64,000 bases of DNA from Collinsella sp. GTDB lineage: Bacteria; Actinomycetota; Coriobacteriia; Coriobacteriales; Coriobacteriaceae. The translations under genes and the position numbers were made by a program. The stretch lies in contig DAWDVX010000002.1 in NCBI GenBank assembly GCA_052346145.1, forward strand, positions 6,671-70,670. Direction: 5' to 3'. The notes beneath the pieces were generated by a model. That model searched no databases and was not told the origin of the DNA. It saw only the letters and a program-made list of their open reading frames with translations. This document shows positions 38,387 through 48,168 of this stretch, in pieces (within the stretch, counting starts at the first letter, position 1; every line of letters begins with the position of its first letter).

Positions 38387-39502
38387 TTACAGGTACTTGC
38401 GCCAATCGTCCTCGTCCTCATCATCCTCGGTAGCAGCCTGGGTCTGCTCGGCGGCGCGAGCTGCCGCAGCGCGAGCGGCAACCTGGGCATAGGACTCCTC
38501 GTTGCGCTCGGGGAAGTTTGCCAGCACGTGCTCGAACTTGGCAAAATCCTCATCCCAGCGCGTAGAAGGCACGGCAAAGAAGACTTGCTTGACCTTAAAG
38601 TCGCCCGACGCGAGCTCCTTGCGGAAGAGCTCGGCCACGGCCTCTGCGTCAAAGCCGTTGTTGTCGCAGCCCCAAGCGCCCAGCACGAGCTTCTCGCGAC
38701 CTAGCTCGTCGCAGATGGCAAGCACAAAGCGAATGCGGTCGCGCAGGGCGTCCAGCAGAGCATCGTCGCTCACGCGATACTCCTGGCGGGCGCGCTTAAC
38801 GTTGGGCGCGGCGGCCACGATCACGTCGGCGTATGCATGCACGTGGTTGCGGTCGAAGCGCACCGCAGGCACCACCAGCGCACGGTTGCGGTAAAGCTCG
38901 CAGTTGATGTTGCGGCGACGGTTCTCGCCGTACCATTTGCGCTGCTTATCGAGAACGTTGTACAGATACGAATCGGCGCACAGCGTGGCCTCCTGGCCCA
39001 GATAGCCCTGGATGTAGCCACCGCCCGGGTTGGTGAACGAGGCAAAGGCGAGCACGGCCATGTCGCAGAACTGCGCATAGCCACGACCGTTGTCCAGGAT
39101 GGCCTGCGTGGTGGAGGCATCGAGCACGGTGACCTCAGGCAGAACCGGAGCGGGCTCCTCAGCAGGCGCGGACTCAGCTTCGGCGATTTCCTCGGCAGGC
39201 TCCTCGACGGGCTCGAGCGCTGCCTCGACCTCGGCAGCCTCCGCGCCCTCGACGTCCTCGGCAATCTGTTCTTCGGTGGTCACAGCACTCTGAACCTTGG
39301 CCTTCATCGCCGAGACAAAGCCGGCAGGCATACCGTCAAACTCGCGAACACCGGCAAGCGAACGCTCGATATCCTTGGCGCACGCTTCGGACACAGTTGC
39401 CACGTGACGCTCGGCGGCCTTGGCACGGGCCTCGCGCTTGGGATTGGGCTGACCCGCTCGGTTGGACCTGCGGTTACGGTTCCTGTTGTCGACGTCTGCC
39501 AT
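38387..39502 (-). CDS. TIGR02452/DUF2263 microbial PARG-like macrodomain protein
   Basis: FASFTNPGGGYIQGYLGQEATLC, DVIVAAAPN, LVLGAWGC, VFFAVP. Confidence 0.8.
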   Translation of the reverse strand: MADVDNRNRNRRSNRAGQPNPKREARAKAAERHVATVSEACAKDIERSLAGVREFDGMPAGFVSAMKAKVQSAVTTEEQIAEDVEGAEAAEVEAALEPVEEPAEEIAEAESAPAEEPAPVLPEVTVLDASTTQAILDNGRGYAQFCDMAVLAFASFTNPGGGYIQGYLGQEATLCADSYLYNVLDKQRKWYGENRRRNINCELYRNRALVVPAVRFDRNHVHAYADVIVAAAPNVKRARQEYRVSDDALLDALRDRIRFVLAICDELGREKLVLGAWGCDNNGFDAEAVAELFRKELASGDFKVKQVFFAVPSTRWDEDFAKFEHVLANFPERNEESYAQVAARAAAARAAEQTQAATEDDEDEDDWRKYL

Positions 39503-39640
39503 AAGTGGTCACCTTTCTCGGTCTCTGCCGCTATCGGCTTTTCCCATCCATGATACCCCGCCGCGTACAAAAAAGACGGCCCCGAAGGACCGCCTTTCGC
39601 ATCGATTTGCACGTACGGCAAGCACCGCCGCAATTCGCCA

Positions 39641-40336
39641 CTAGTCGCGACGGCCGAGGATGTTCAGAATGCGCAGGAACACGTTGATAATATCCACGAA
39701 CAGATTGGACGCCATGAGCACGGCGTTGGGCAGCGTAGGCGGCACCGTCGTGGCAACATAGGTGTCGTAGCCAATAAAGCCGGCGAACACCACGATCACG
39801 ATCAGATCGGTGATGGTCTGTGAGACGCCCATGAACATCAGCACGATCTCAACCAGAATAGTAGCGAGCAGAATGCCAAAACCGATGCCATATACGCGCT
39901 GGAAAAACTTGGGGAACGTCACGCCCAAGGCGCCAAAGACAAAGGTGATGGCGGCCGTGGCGATAAAGGCAGTGTTGATGGTGGGCAGGTCGTAGTTGGC
40001 AAGGCCAAACGACGCGGTCAGGCCAAAGGTGCTCGCAAAGATTACGTAGCCCACAAGGGACAGGCCCACGGACTGCTTGCTGGCGGCGGCCGACATCATG
40101 ACCATGCCGACGATGGTCAAAATAAACGAGCCAAAAACCAGCGGTAGGGCAGCCCCGCTCATCATCATGCGCGCAAACGACATGGTGCTCGTAAAGTAAG
40201 CACCGACGCCCATGGCACAAAAGCCCAAGAAGATGAGGGCAGACATGGCAAGATTATACGCACGCGGCGACATCTCCTTGGCACGGCTTGCGCCGGTTTC
40301 GATGGGGCCGTTCTGATAGCCCTGAATATCGTTCAT
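39641..40336 (-). CDS. Bax inhibitor-1/YccA family membrane protein
   Basis: About 7 TM segments, IGYDT, C-terminal LFVDIINVFLRILNILGRRD. Confidence 0.88.
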   Translation of the reverse strand: MNDIQGYQNGPIETGASRAKEMSPRAYNLAMSALIFLGFCAMGVGAYFTSTMSFARMMMSGAALPLVFGSFILTIVGMVMMSAAASKQSVGLSLVGYVIFASTFGLTASFGLANYDLPTINTAFIATAAITFVFGALGVTFPKFFQRVYGIGFGILLATILVEIVLMFMGVSQTITDLIVIVVFAGFIGYDTYVATTVPPTLPNAVLMASNLFVDIINVFLRILNILGRRD

Positions 40337-40415
40337 AATTTCGTCCTTTCAAAAGCGCCGCGACAGCGCAGTAGCTGACAAGATTCCTGTCATTGTACCC
40401 GAATGCCGTACGTCC

Positions 40416-40754
40416 TTACCTACGGCGCTCGCCCTCGAGCGTGCGATCAAAGGCCCAGACCCACCAACGCATCACGTGTGCCTGCGAGCCGTCCGCCCGC
40501 TCGCGCGTCTGGTCCTCCAGATACAACTCGGTCGCGTGCCCGCCAAAACGCACCTTATAGGTTGCCGTACGGATGCCGTGGACCATCAGGCCAAACCCGG
40601 TGGTCGAGATAATTTCGTCAATCGTAAAGCAACGACCGTCGACCCAGCAGACGGTGACCGGCACGACCTGTCCGCCCGCGAGGATGCGAGCCACGACGTC
40701 CACATACTGCTTGTGCACGCGCCGAGTTTTGCCATCTGTCTGTCGATATTCCAT
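40416..40754 (-). CDS. Small hypothetical protein (112 aa), probably SOS-regulated
   Basis: AGGAGG RBS; MEYRQ...YVDVVA...GQVVPVTVCWVDGRCFTID...LYLE...RWWV. Confidence 0.7.
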   Translation of the reverse strand: MEYRQTDGKTRRVHKQYVDVVARILAGGQVVPVTVCWVDGRCFTIDEIISTTGFGLMVHGIRTATYKVRFGGHATELYLEDQTRERADGSQAHVMRWWVWAFDRTLEGERRR

Positions 40755-40765
40755 GCCTCCTATTA

Positions 40766-40789
40766 TCGAACGCATGTTTGCATATTGTA
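40766..40789 (-). promoter_or_regulatory. LexA-like box (CGAAC-GCAT-GTTTG) just downstream of a TACAAT -10
   Basis: One mismatch to GAAC-N4-GTTC; located between the -10 (40784-40789) and the RBS. Confidence 0.6.
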
Positions 40790-41004
40790 AAGCGAACAGA
40801 CTGTGGTTTTGGGATGTTGGGGCACGCACACGTGTCCTCATGGTGTGTTAGCAAAAAGAACACCCGCGGTCAACAGGGCTAATATTCAATATTAGTGCCA
40901 AAAAATTCACTTCTCCCATCAGAACTCGGTAAAGAAACCCGCAGGAGGTGATACGATTTATCATGTTTTTGTAACGTGCCTGCAAACTTCGAGAAAGCCC
41001 ATAT

Positions 41005-42054
41005 ATGGACGTAACGTTCTCAACCTTCCTCGGCCAAATTGTGTCGAACCCAGTCCTTGCCGTCACCGTGATCCTCGCGCTCGGCGCCATCTTCGTCAAT
41101 GGATGGACCGACGCGCCCAACGCCATCGCGACCTGCGTCACTACGCGTTGCATGCCCGCCCGCGCCGCCATTCTCATGAGCGCCGCATTCAACTTCCTCG
41201 GTGTGCTCATCATGACGCACTTTAATGCGAGCGTCGCCAATACCATCTCGCATATCGTCGACTTTGGCGGAAACAGCACCATGGCGCTCGCCTGCCTGTG
41301 CGCGGCCCTGTTCTCCATCGTCGTCTACGGCGCCACAGCGTCGCGTTTTGGCATCCCCACCTCGCAAAGCCACAGCCTTATCGCCGGCCTGACCGGTGCC
41401 GCTATCGCCCTCGGCGGCGCGAGCAGCGTCAACGTCCACGAGTGGATGAAGGTCATCTACGGCCTGGCGCTCTCCATCGGCCTGGGCTTTGTCATGGGCT
41501 GGGTCCTGTGCAAACTCGTCTCGATTCTTTTCGCCGCCGCCAACAGGCGACGTGCCAATGTCTTCTTTAAATACGCTCAGATCGCGAGCGCTGCGGCCAT
41601 GAGCTTTATGCACGGCGCGCAGGATGGACAGAAGTTCATCGGCGTGCTCTTTTTAGGCGTGGCCTTCGCAAACGGCCAGACCAGCGTCGGCGATGCCGGC
41701 ATCCCCATCTGGATTATGCTGCTGTGCTCGGCCACTATGGGTATCGGTACCAGCGTGGGCGGTGAGCGCATCATCAAGTCCGTCGGCCAGAGCATGGTTA
41801 AGCTCGAGAAGTATCAGGGCTTCTCCGCCGACCTCGCGGGCGCCGCGAACCTGCTGCTTGCCACCCTTACCGGCATCCCCGTGTCCTCCACACACATCAA
41901 GACCTGCGCCATCATGGGCGTCGGTGCCGTCAAGCGCCTCTCGGCCATCAACTTCGGAGTCGTCAAGGACATGATGTTCACCTGGTTCTTCACCTTCCCC
42001 GCCTGCGGACTCATCAGCTTTGTCATGGCCAAGCTGTTCATGATGTTCCTCTAA
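41005..42054 (+). CDS. Inorganic phosphate transporter (PiT family)
   Basis: NGWTDAPNAIAT, GIPTSQSH, HGAQDGQK, GIPVSSTH. Confidence 0.93.
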   Translation: MDVTFSTFLGQIVSNPVLAVTVILALGAIFVNGWTDAPNAIATCVTTRCMPARAAILMSAAFNFLGVLIMTHFNASVANTISHIVDFGGNSTMALACLCAALFSIVVYGATASRFGIPTSQSHSLIAGLTGAAIALGGASSVNVHEWMKVIYGLALSIGLGFVMGWVLCKLVSILFAAANRRRANVFFKYAQIASAAAMSFMHGAQDGQKFIGVLFLGVAFANGQTSVGDAGIPIWIMLLCSATMGIGTSVGGERIIKSVGQSMVKLEKYQGFSADLAGAANLLLATLTGIPVSSTHIKTCAIMGVGAVKRLSAINFGVVKDMMFTWFFTFPACGLISFVMAKLFMMFL

Positions 42055-42121
42055 TCAAACCGAACGTCCATCCGGACCGCAACACTTCGCCCACCCGTCT
42101 TCGCCTCGAAAGGACCCACCC

Positions 42122-42745
42122 ATGGCAAAGAAACCCGATTCGTTCTACTTTGACAACTACGTCGCTTGCGCCGACCTCGCCGTCCAGGCCGCAGAGCTGC
42201 TCACCAAGATTTTTGAGAACTTCGATCCCGCGCAGATTCACGACATGCTCAATAAGATGCATGCGATTGAGCATGCGGCAGACAAGAAGCACCACGAGCT
42301 CGAAGACGCCCTGCTCACCGCCTTTATCACCCCGCTCGAGCGCGAGGATCTGGATCTGATGAGCTGCGCGCTCGACACCGTGCTCGACCGTATTGAGGGC
42401 GTCGTGCAGCGCGTCTACTTCACCAACATTCAGAGCATCCATCCCGACGCCATCGTCATCGCCCACAAGGTGACTGACGCCTGCCGCGCCATGAAAGACC
42501 TGATGGTCGAGCTTCCCAACTACCGCAAGTCCAAAACGCTGCGCGAGCTGGTCATCCAGATCAACACCATCGAGTCCGAGGCCGACGAGCTCTACATCAA
42601 CGCCATGCGCAACCTGCACGTTAACGGCAAGGATCCGCTCGAGGTCATCGCTTGGCGTGACGTCTACGCCTTCCTGGAGTACTGCGCCGACTGCTGCGAG
42701 AATGTGGCCGATGTTGTGGATTCGATTGTCATGAAGAACAGTTAA
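42122..42745 (+). CDS. DUF47 family phosphate transport regulator (PhoU-like)
   Basis: EHAAD, FITPLERED, ESEADELY, ADCCENVAD; adjacent to PiT. Confidence 0.9.
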   Translation: MAKKPDSFYFDNYVACADLAVQAAELLTKIFENFDPAQIHDMLNKMHAIEHAADKKHHELEDALLTAFITPLEREDLDLMSCALDTVLDRIEGVVQRVYFTNIQSIHPDAIVIAHKVTDACRAMKDLMVELPNYRKSKTLRELVIQINTIESEADELYINAMRNLHVNGKDPLEVIAWRDVYAFLEYCADCCENVADVVDSIVMKNS

Positions 42746-42776
42746 TTGGGGGTACGTGTCCCGGCGGCGAAGGGCC

Positions 42777-42838
42777 GGCCACGGTTTGCTTTCGAACGAC
42801 TGCGGCTTTTGAGAGTCGTTCGAAAGCAAACCGTGGCC
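42777..42838. repeat. Long palindromic element (25-bp perfect arms; imperfect outer stem to ~42747-42862)
   Basis: GGCCACGGTTTGCTTTCGAACGACT / AGTCGTTCGAAAGCAAACCGTGGCC. Confidence 0.85.
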
Positions 42839-43026
42839 CGCCCGTCGCCGTAAGTACCACCATTGGGAACTTTGGCTGATACTTTGAAAGCAATGAGGCT
42901 TTTGTTGGCAGGACCTTGGGGACCGATTGGAAACTTTGGGACCGCCTTAAACGTTTGGCTGGATGGGGCTTTGGGTACCCTTTTGCTTAGTTTTGGGTTG
43001 TTTTATTAGCTTTGGAGGGTTTGGTT

Positions 43027-43557
43027 ATGGGGTATTTGGATCTGGCTCGGGGTCGGTATTCTTGTCGTTTGTTTGAGGATCGTTCTGTGGAGCAGGCTGT
43101 GGTGGATGCCATTGTTGAGGCTGGGCGTATTGCTCCTTCAGCTTGTAATAATCATCCAACCCGTGTGATGGTGTTAGATACGCCCGAGCTTTTGGAGAAG
43201 GCGGCTGCTTGTCAGCCTCGGTTTGCTCGTGATGGGTCCATCTTTGGCGCTCCGCTCATCTTCCTCATTTGCAGCGTTACCGACGACGCTTGGGTTCGCC
43301 CCTATGACCAGATGAACTCCAGCGCTATCGACACCTCGATTGTTTGCGATCATATGATGATGGAGGCCGAGGAGCAAGGCCTGGGAACGTGTTGGGTATG
43401 CCATTTTAAGCCCGAGCTAGCCCGAGAGCGGTTCAACCTGCCCGAGGGCGTCTATCCCTATCACATGCTCGTCTGCGGCTATCCTGCCGACCACATCGCC
43501 GATCCCGAGCATCGCGATGCCCGCACCATTCCCCTCTCCGACTTCCTCCTCAAGTAG
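43027..43557 (+). CDS. Nitroreductase family protein
   Basis: RYSCRLF, APSACNNHP, GLGTCWVCHF, GYP. Confidence 0.9.
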   Translation: MGYLDLARGRYSCRLFEDRSVEQAVVDAIVEAGRIAPSACNNHPTRVMVLDTPELLEKAAACQPRFARDGSIFGAPLIFLICSVTDDAWVRPYDQMNSSAIDTSIVCDHMMMEAEEQGLGTCWVCHFKPELARERFNLPEGVYPYHMLVCGYPADHIADPEHRDARTIPLSDFLLK

Positions 43558-43665
43558 TTTTTGGCACATGCCCTAAAATCTACTTTTTACCACGCGCCCT
43601 TTGCCGAGTTCTGCCCTATCACACGCAGAGCTCGGCGTTTTGTTTCCCAACCCGTATGCAGCCAC

Positions 43666-43697
43666 AAAAGAGGAGCCCGCAGGTGCGAGCTCCTCTT
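43666..43697 (-). terminator. Terminator after divIVA
   Basis: AAGAGGAGC/GCTCCTCTT hairpin with a T-run on the minus strand. Confidence 0.6.
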
Positions 43698-43723
43698 AAG
43701 GACACGAGATTGTAGCTCTGGCG

Positions 43724-44398
43724 CTAGTCCAGGTCGTCGGCAGCGAAGTTGTCGATCGGGGCGAAGGGATCGGCCACGGGGACAACCGGGTCAGCGACGG
43801 GCAGCGGCTCGGCGGGAACAGTCACCGCAGGAGAAGCGGCAGAACCGACCGGTGTGGAGGCCATGAGATCGGCCGGGAAGGAGTTCTGGGCATCGTCCAT
43901 AAAGTGCTGGATGAGCTTGAGATACTCGGCCTTGAACTCCTCACGGGAAGCCTTGAGACGATCGATCTCCTCGAGCTCGGCCTGCTTCTCAGTCAGAGCC
44001 TGGCGGATAACCTCGCGGGCCTTGGCGTCAGCCTCGTTGCGGATACGCTCAGCGTTCTCGTTGGCATCGTTGACGATGGTCTCAGCGGTCTGCTGGGCAG
44101 CGATCAAGGCAGCGGAAATCTGGCGCTCCTGAGCGGAGAAGTCAGGGGCGGGAGCAGCCACGGGGGCGGCAGGAGCGGCCTGGGCGGTGGCATCCTGAGC
44201 CTGGGCAAGCTGAGCCTGCGCATCGGCAAGCTGCTGCTCGGTAGCAGTCAGACGACCCTTAAGGTCGACGATCTTAGCGAGCATAGCGTCAACCTCGGAG
44301 GACAGCGTCTCCAAGAAGACGTCGACCTCAGCAGGATCGTAGCCACGCTTGGCCTCAGAGAAAGTCTGAGCCTGGATGTCTGCAGGGGTAATAGCCAT
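43724..44398 (-). CDS. divIVA: DivIVA domain protein
   Basis: ITPADI..F...RGYDPAEVDVFLE followed by coiled coils; at the end of the dcw cluster. Confidence 0.93.
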   Translation of the reverse strand: MAITPADIQAQTFSEAKRGYDPAEVDVFLETLSSEVDAMLAKIVDLKGRLTATEQQLADAQAQLAQAQDATAQAAPAAPVAAPAPDFSAQERQISAALIAAQQTAETIVNDANENAERIRNEADAKAREVIRQALTEKQAELEEIDRLKASREEFKAEYLKLIQHFMDDAQNSFPADLMASTPVGSAASPAVTVPAEPLPVADPVVPVADPFAPIDNFAADDLD

Positions 44399-44459
44399 AA
44401 CAAGTCTCCTTTTTCATCGCCTCGGCGCTACACGCCCGACGTAAGTTACTAAGTCAGTT

Positions 44460-44741
44460 CTACACGAGTATACCTATAAGAAGCTGCAGAACCAGCCTCT
44501 GCACCAACTGCAACGCAATAATCGCAACGACCGGCGAAAAATCGATACCGCCCATCGGCGGGATGAAACGACGGAACAGGTTAAGCCACGGACCGCACAC
44601 GCTATCAAGCACCGCGGCAATATCCTGAAGCAAACCACCCTGCTTCATGGGAATCCACGTCATAAAGCAGTAGACGATAATGAGCGTGGAATAGAAGTTG
44701 AACAGCGTGTTGACCAGCTGGACGATAGTGTAGATGTTGAT
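44460..44741 (-). CDS. yggT: YggT family membrane protein, apparently with a non-canonical (ATC) start
   Basis: ...FRRFIPPMGGIDFSPVVA. The first TM helix is encoded upstream of the first ATG (44663); GAGGAG sits 6 nt before ATC at 44741. Confidence 0.8.
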   Translation of the reverse strand: MNIYTIVQLVNTLFNFYSTLIIVYCFMTWIPMKQGGLLQDIAAVLDSVCGPWLNLFRRFIPPMGGIDFSPVVAIIALQLVQRLVLQLLIGILV

Positions 44742-44762
44742 GGGAATCTCCTCGTCTTGTCT

Positions 44763-45485
44763 TTACTTGAGGTAGCCGTCGGCACGAAGCTTCTTGAGAT
44801 CGGAATCTTTGACCTCGCAACCGGCGGGCAGCACCATGAACACGCGGTCGCCCACCTCCTTGACCGTGGCACCCAGACCGCAGGCAAAGCCGTAAGAGAA
44901 GTCCAAGACGCGCTTGGCAACTTCGGTGCGTACGCCCACAAAAATCAGTGCGACAGGCTGCTTGGTGCGAACGCGGCGCACCACGGTCTCCACGTCGTCA
45001 TAGCTCTCGGGGCGCAGGACATAGGCCGGCAGCTGCGGTGTGGCGTTGATGATATTGCTCGCATAGGCCGAGGCATCGCTCGGTGCAGGCACGGGCGCAG
45101 CGGCGGCACGGGCGCGGGTGTTCTCGGCGTAGCTCGACGGCGTGTCATAGGCACCAGGACGATAACCGCTCGCAACACTGTCCTGCGAGCGCGAAGGCGG
45201 ATTATACGTCGTGGCATGGCGGGAGTCATCGCCGACCAGCTGACCGGAGCGCGTATACACGGCAACCGACTCAGCTTCACCGCGGCGCGTCTGACCAAGC
45301 AGGCCGTTGCTCGGCTCGTCTTGGGTGTAGAAGCCCTCGCCCGAAGCACCGCTGTAGCCGTTGCCCTGATAACTATCGTCATAGCCGTCATCGTAGCCGT
45401 AGTCGTCGTCCTGGCCATAACCCTGGTCGTAACCCTGCTGGCCGCCCAGGTGCATCTTATTTTTAATCTCGTCAAGGAAGCCCAT
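44763..45485 (-). CDS. sepF: Cell division protein SepF
   Basis: Acidic/low-complexity linker, then PESYDD, AKRVLDFSYG, FMVLP. Confidence 0.9.
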   Translation of the reverse strand: MGFLDEIKNKMHLGGQQGYDQGYGQDDDYGYDDGYDDSYQGNGYSGASGEGFYTQDEPSNGLLGQTRRGEAESVAVYTRSGQLVGDDSRHATTYNPPSRSQDSVASGYRPGAYDTPSSYAENTRARAAAAPVPAPSDASAYASNIINATPQLPAYVLRPESYDDVETVVRRVRTKQPVALIFVGVRTEVAKRVLDFSYGFACGLGATVKEVGDRVFMVLPAGCEVKDSDLKKLRADGYLK

Positions 45486-45545
45486 GGTTGTGTCCTCTCG
45501 CGGTTTAGTGCAGGCGCCCCGATAATCAGTGCGCACTTCAGAGCC

Positions 45546-46283
45546 TTATTTTACTGCAAACTCCGGGCTAAATACTACCCTGCCCAGGCGAACGAGCGTA
45601 GAGCCCTCCTCAAGGGCAGACTCAAAGTCCTCGCTCATGCCGCAGGAAAGCTCAGGCAGGTTCAAATCGGGATGCGCCGCCTCCAGCTCATCCCTCAGCT
45701 CACGAAGCCCCGCAAAGGTGCGGCGTGCCATATCCTTATTCCCCCGGGGCGCCATAGTCATAAGCCCCTGTACGCAAATTCCCTCAAGTTCCGCAAGCTC
45801 ACCCGCGGCGGCGCGAATCTCATCGGGCGAAAAGCCTCCCTTCGACTCCTCACCACTCACATTGACCTCAATGAGCACACGCTGGGGGCCGGCGAGTTCG
45901 CCTGCCTCAATCTTGCGGGCAGCACGGCTCGAGATCGCCTGCGCCAGATGCAGCGAACCCACCGAGTGAATCAGCTCGGCTGAGCCCAGCACCGCATTGA
46001 TCTTATTGGTCTGCAGGTTGCCGATCATATCGAAGCGCACCTCGGGCAGCTCCGGATGCTCCGCCAAACCTGTGAGCTTGCGAACCAGCTCCTGCGGGCG
46101 ATTCTCGGCAAAATGGCGATACCCCGCCTGGATGGCGGCAACGGTCTCATCGACACCAACGGTCTTGGACACGGCAATGAGGCGCGCGGCGTCGTGGGGA
46201 CGGCCCGCGCGATCGAGCGCCGCATAAAAACGTTCCAGAATCTGCTCGCGGCGAGCGCGCATCAAGTCCAAATAGTTATCCAT
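45546..46283 (-). CDS. yggS: PLP homeostasis protein YggS
   Basis: LIAVSK, ENRPQE, IGNLQTNK, VNVSGEESKGG, GLMTMAP, VRLGR. Confidence 0.93.
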   Translation of the reverse strand: MDNYLDLMRARREQILERFYAALDRAGRPHDAARLIAVSKTVGVDETVAAIQAGYRHFAENRPQELVRKLTGLAEHPELPEVRFDMIGNLQTNKINAVLGSAELIHSVGSLHLAQAISSRAARKIEAGELAGPQRVLIEVNVSGEESKGGFSPDEIRAAAGELAELEGICVQGLMTMAPRGNKDMARRTFAGLRELRDELEAAHPDLNLPELSCGMSEDFESALEEGSTLVRLGRVVFSPEFAVK

Positions 46284-46402
46284 TGCCAATCGCCTCCGCT
46301 GACAGCCAAACAAGTAGTCCCATGCTATCGCAAGAGCGCGGCCCCGCATGTGCAAGGCCGCGCTCACTTAGGTATTTACAATCTTTCGACGAACGGAATT
46401 AC

Positions 46403-47260
46403 TTACTCCTCGTCGTCCTCGCCATCGTCCTCGTCCTCAAGATGATCGAGCAGGTAGCGAAGACCCTCGCTGACCTCGTTAGTGGGCACCTTGGCAACGT
46501 AGCGAGCGTCGACGGCGGGCCTCATGATAACACCCTCGCCCGAAGGCACGCGCATGCTCTCGAGCTCATCCTCATCAGTGCGGGCGATATCGCCGACATT
46601 CATGCGCTGACCAGTCAACAGGAAGGTCAGACGGCAAGCGGCATCGATGGAAATCGAAGCGATGCGATCGAGGTAGCGCGAAACCATGATGGCGCGGCGC
46701 AGGTCGTCATAGTTGCTGTCGTCGTCCATAAAGTCGCCCGTATCCATACGGTTAAAGGTGCGGAAGAACTTCTCGTAGGCGGCGTGCACTGGCTCGTCCT
46801 CGACGGCCAAGTTGCAGATGATGGACATGTCGTTGGTGACGAGCGCGGAAAGCGAAGAGCCCAGCACCTGGTAGACGGCCTCAGCCTCGGCCTCGACCGT
46901 GCCGACAAGCTCCTTGGGCAGCGAGATGTCGGCCTTGATCATATGACGCGTGGCGCGGCAAATCTGGCGAACCTTATCGGTCATGCGCTGCAGGTTAAAG
47001 TCGACGTAGATGATCGTCTGCAGCAAGCGGAAGTCGGAGGCGACCGGTGACTGCGTGGCAATCAGGTTGTAGCAGACGGCCTCCAGGTTGGCGCAGCGTG
47101 CGTCAATCGAAAGCGTGCGCTTCTTGGTCTTGGTGGCGAGCTTGCGGTCGTCGGTCACATAGGCCTTCACGGCATCGTGGAGGGCCAGATCGACGGCCTC
47201 GTAGATGCTCAGCATCTCGTGACGGGCCTCGATGAGCTGACGGGAAAACAGTTTGCGCAT
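46403..47260 (-). CDS. phoU: Phosphate signalling protein PhoU
   Basis: IATQSPVASDFR, LQRMTD, SRYLDRIA; directly after pstB. Confidence 0.85.
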   Translation of the reverse strand: MRKLFSRQLIEARHEMLSIYEAVDLALHDAVKAYVTDDRKLATKTKKRTLSIDARCANLEAVCYNLIATQSPVASDFRLLQTIIYVDFNLQRMTDKVRQICRATRHMIKADISLPKELVGTVEAEAEAVYQVLGSSLSALVTNDMSIICNLAVEDEPVHAAYEKFFRTFNRMDTGDFMDDDSNYDDLRRAIMVSRYLDRIASISIDAACRLTFLLTGQRMNVGDIARTDEDELESMRVPSGEGVIMRPAVDARYVAKVPTNEVSEGLRYLLDHLEDEDDGEDDEE

Positions 47261-47352
47261 GGTTCACTCCAATCAGTTGGGTGCGGTCATGCCGCCCGCA
47301 CAGTGAATACGCACCGGACCAGATCCGATCGGCTTGGGACTAGTCGCACCGA

Positions 47353-48156
<804 letters not shown>

Positions 48157-48168
48157 GGGACTCCTTAA

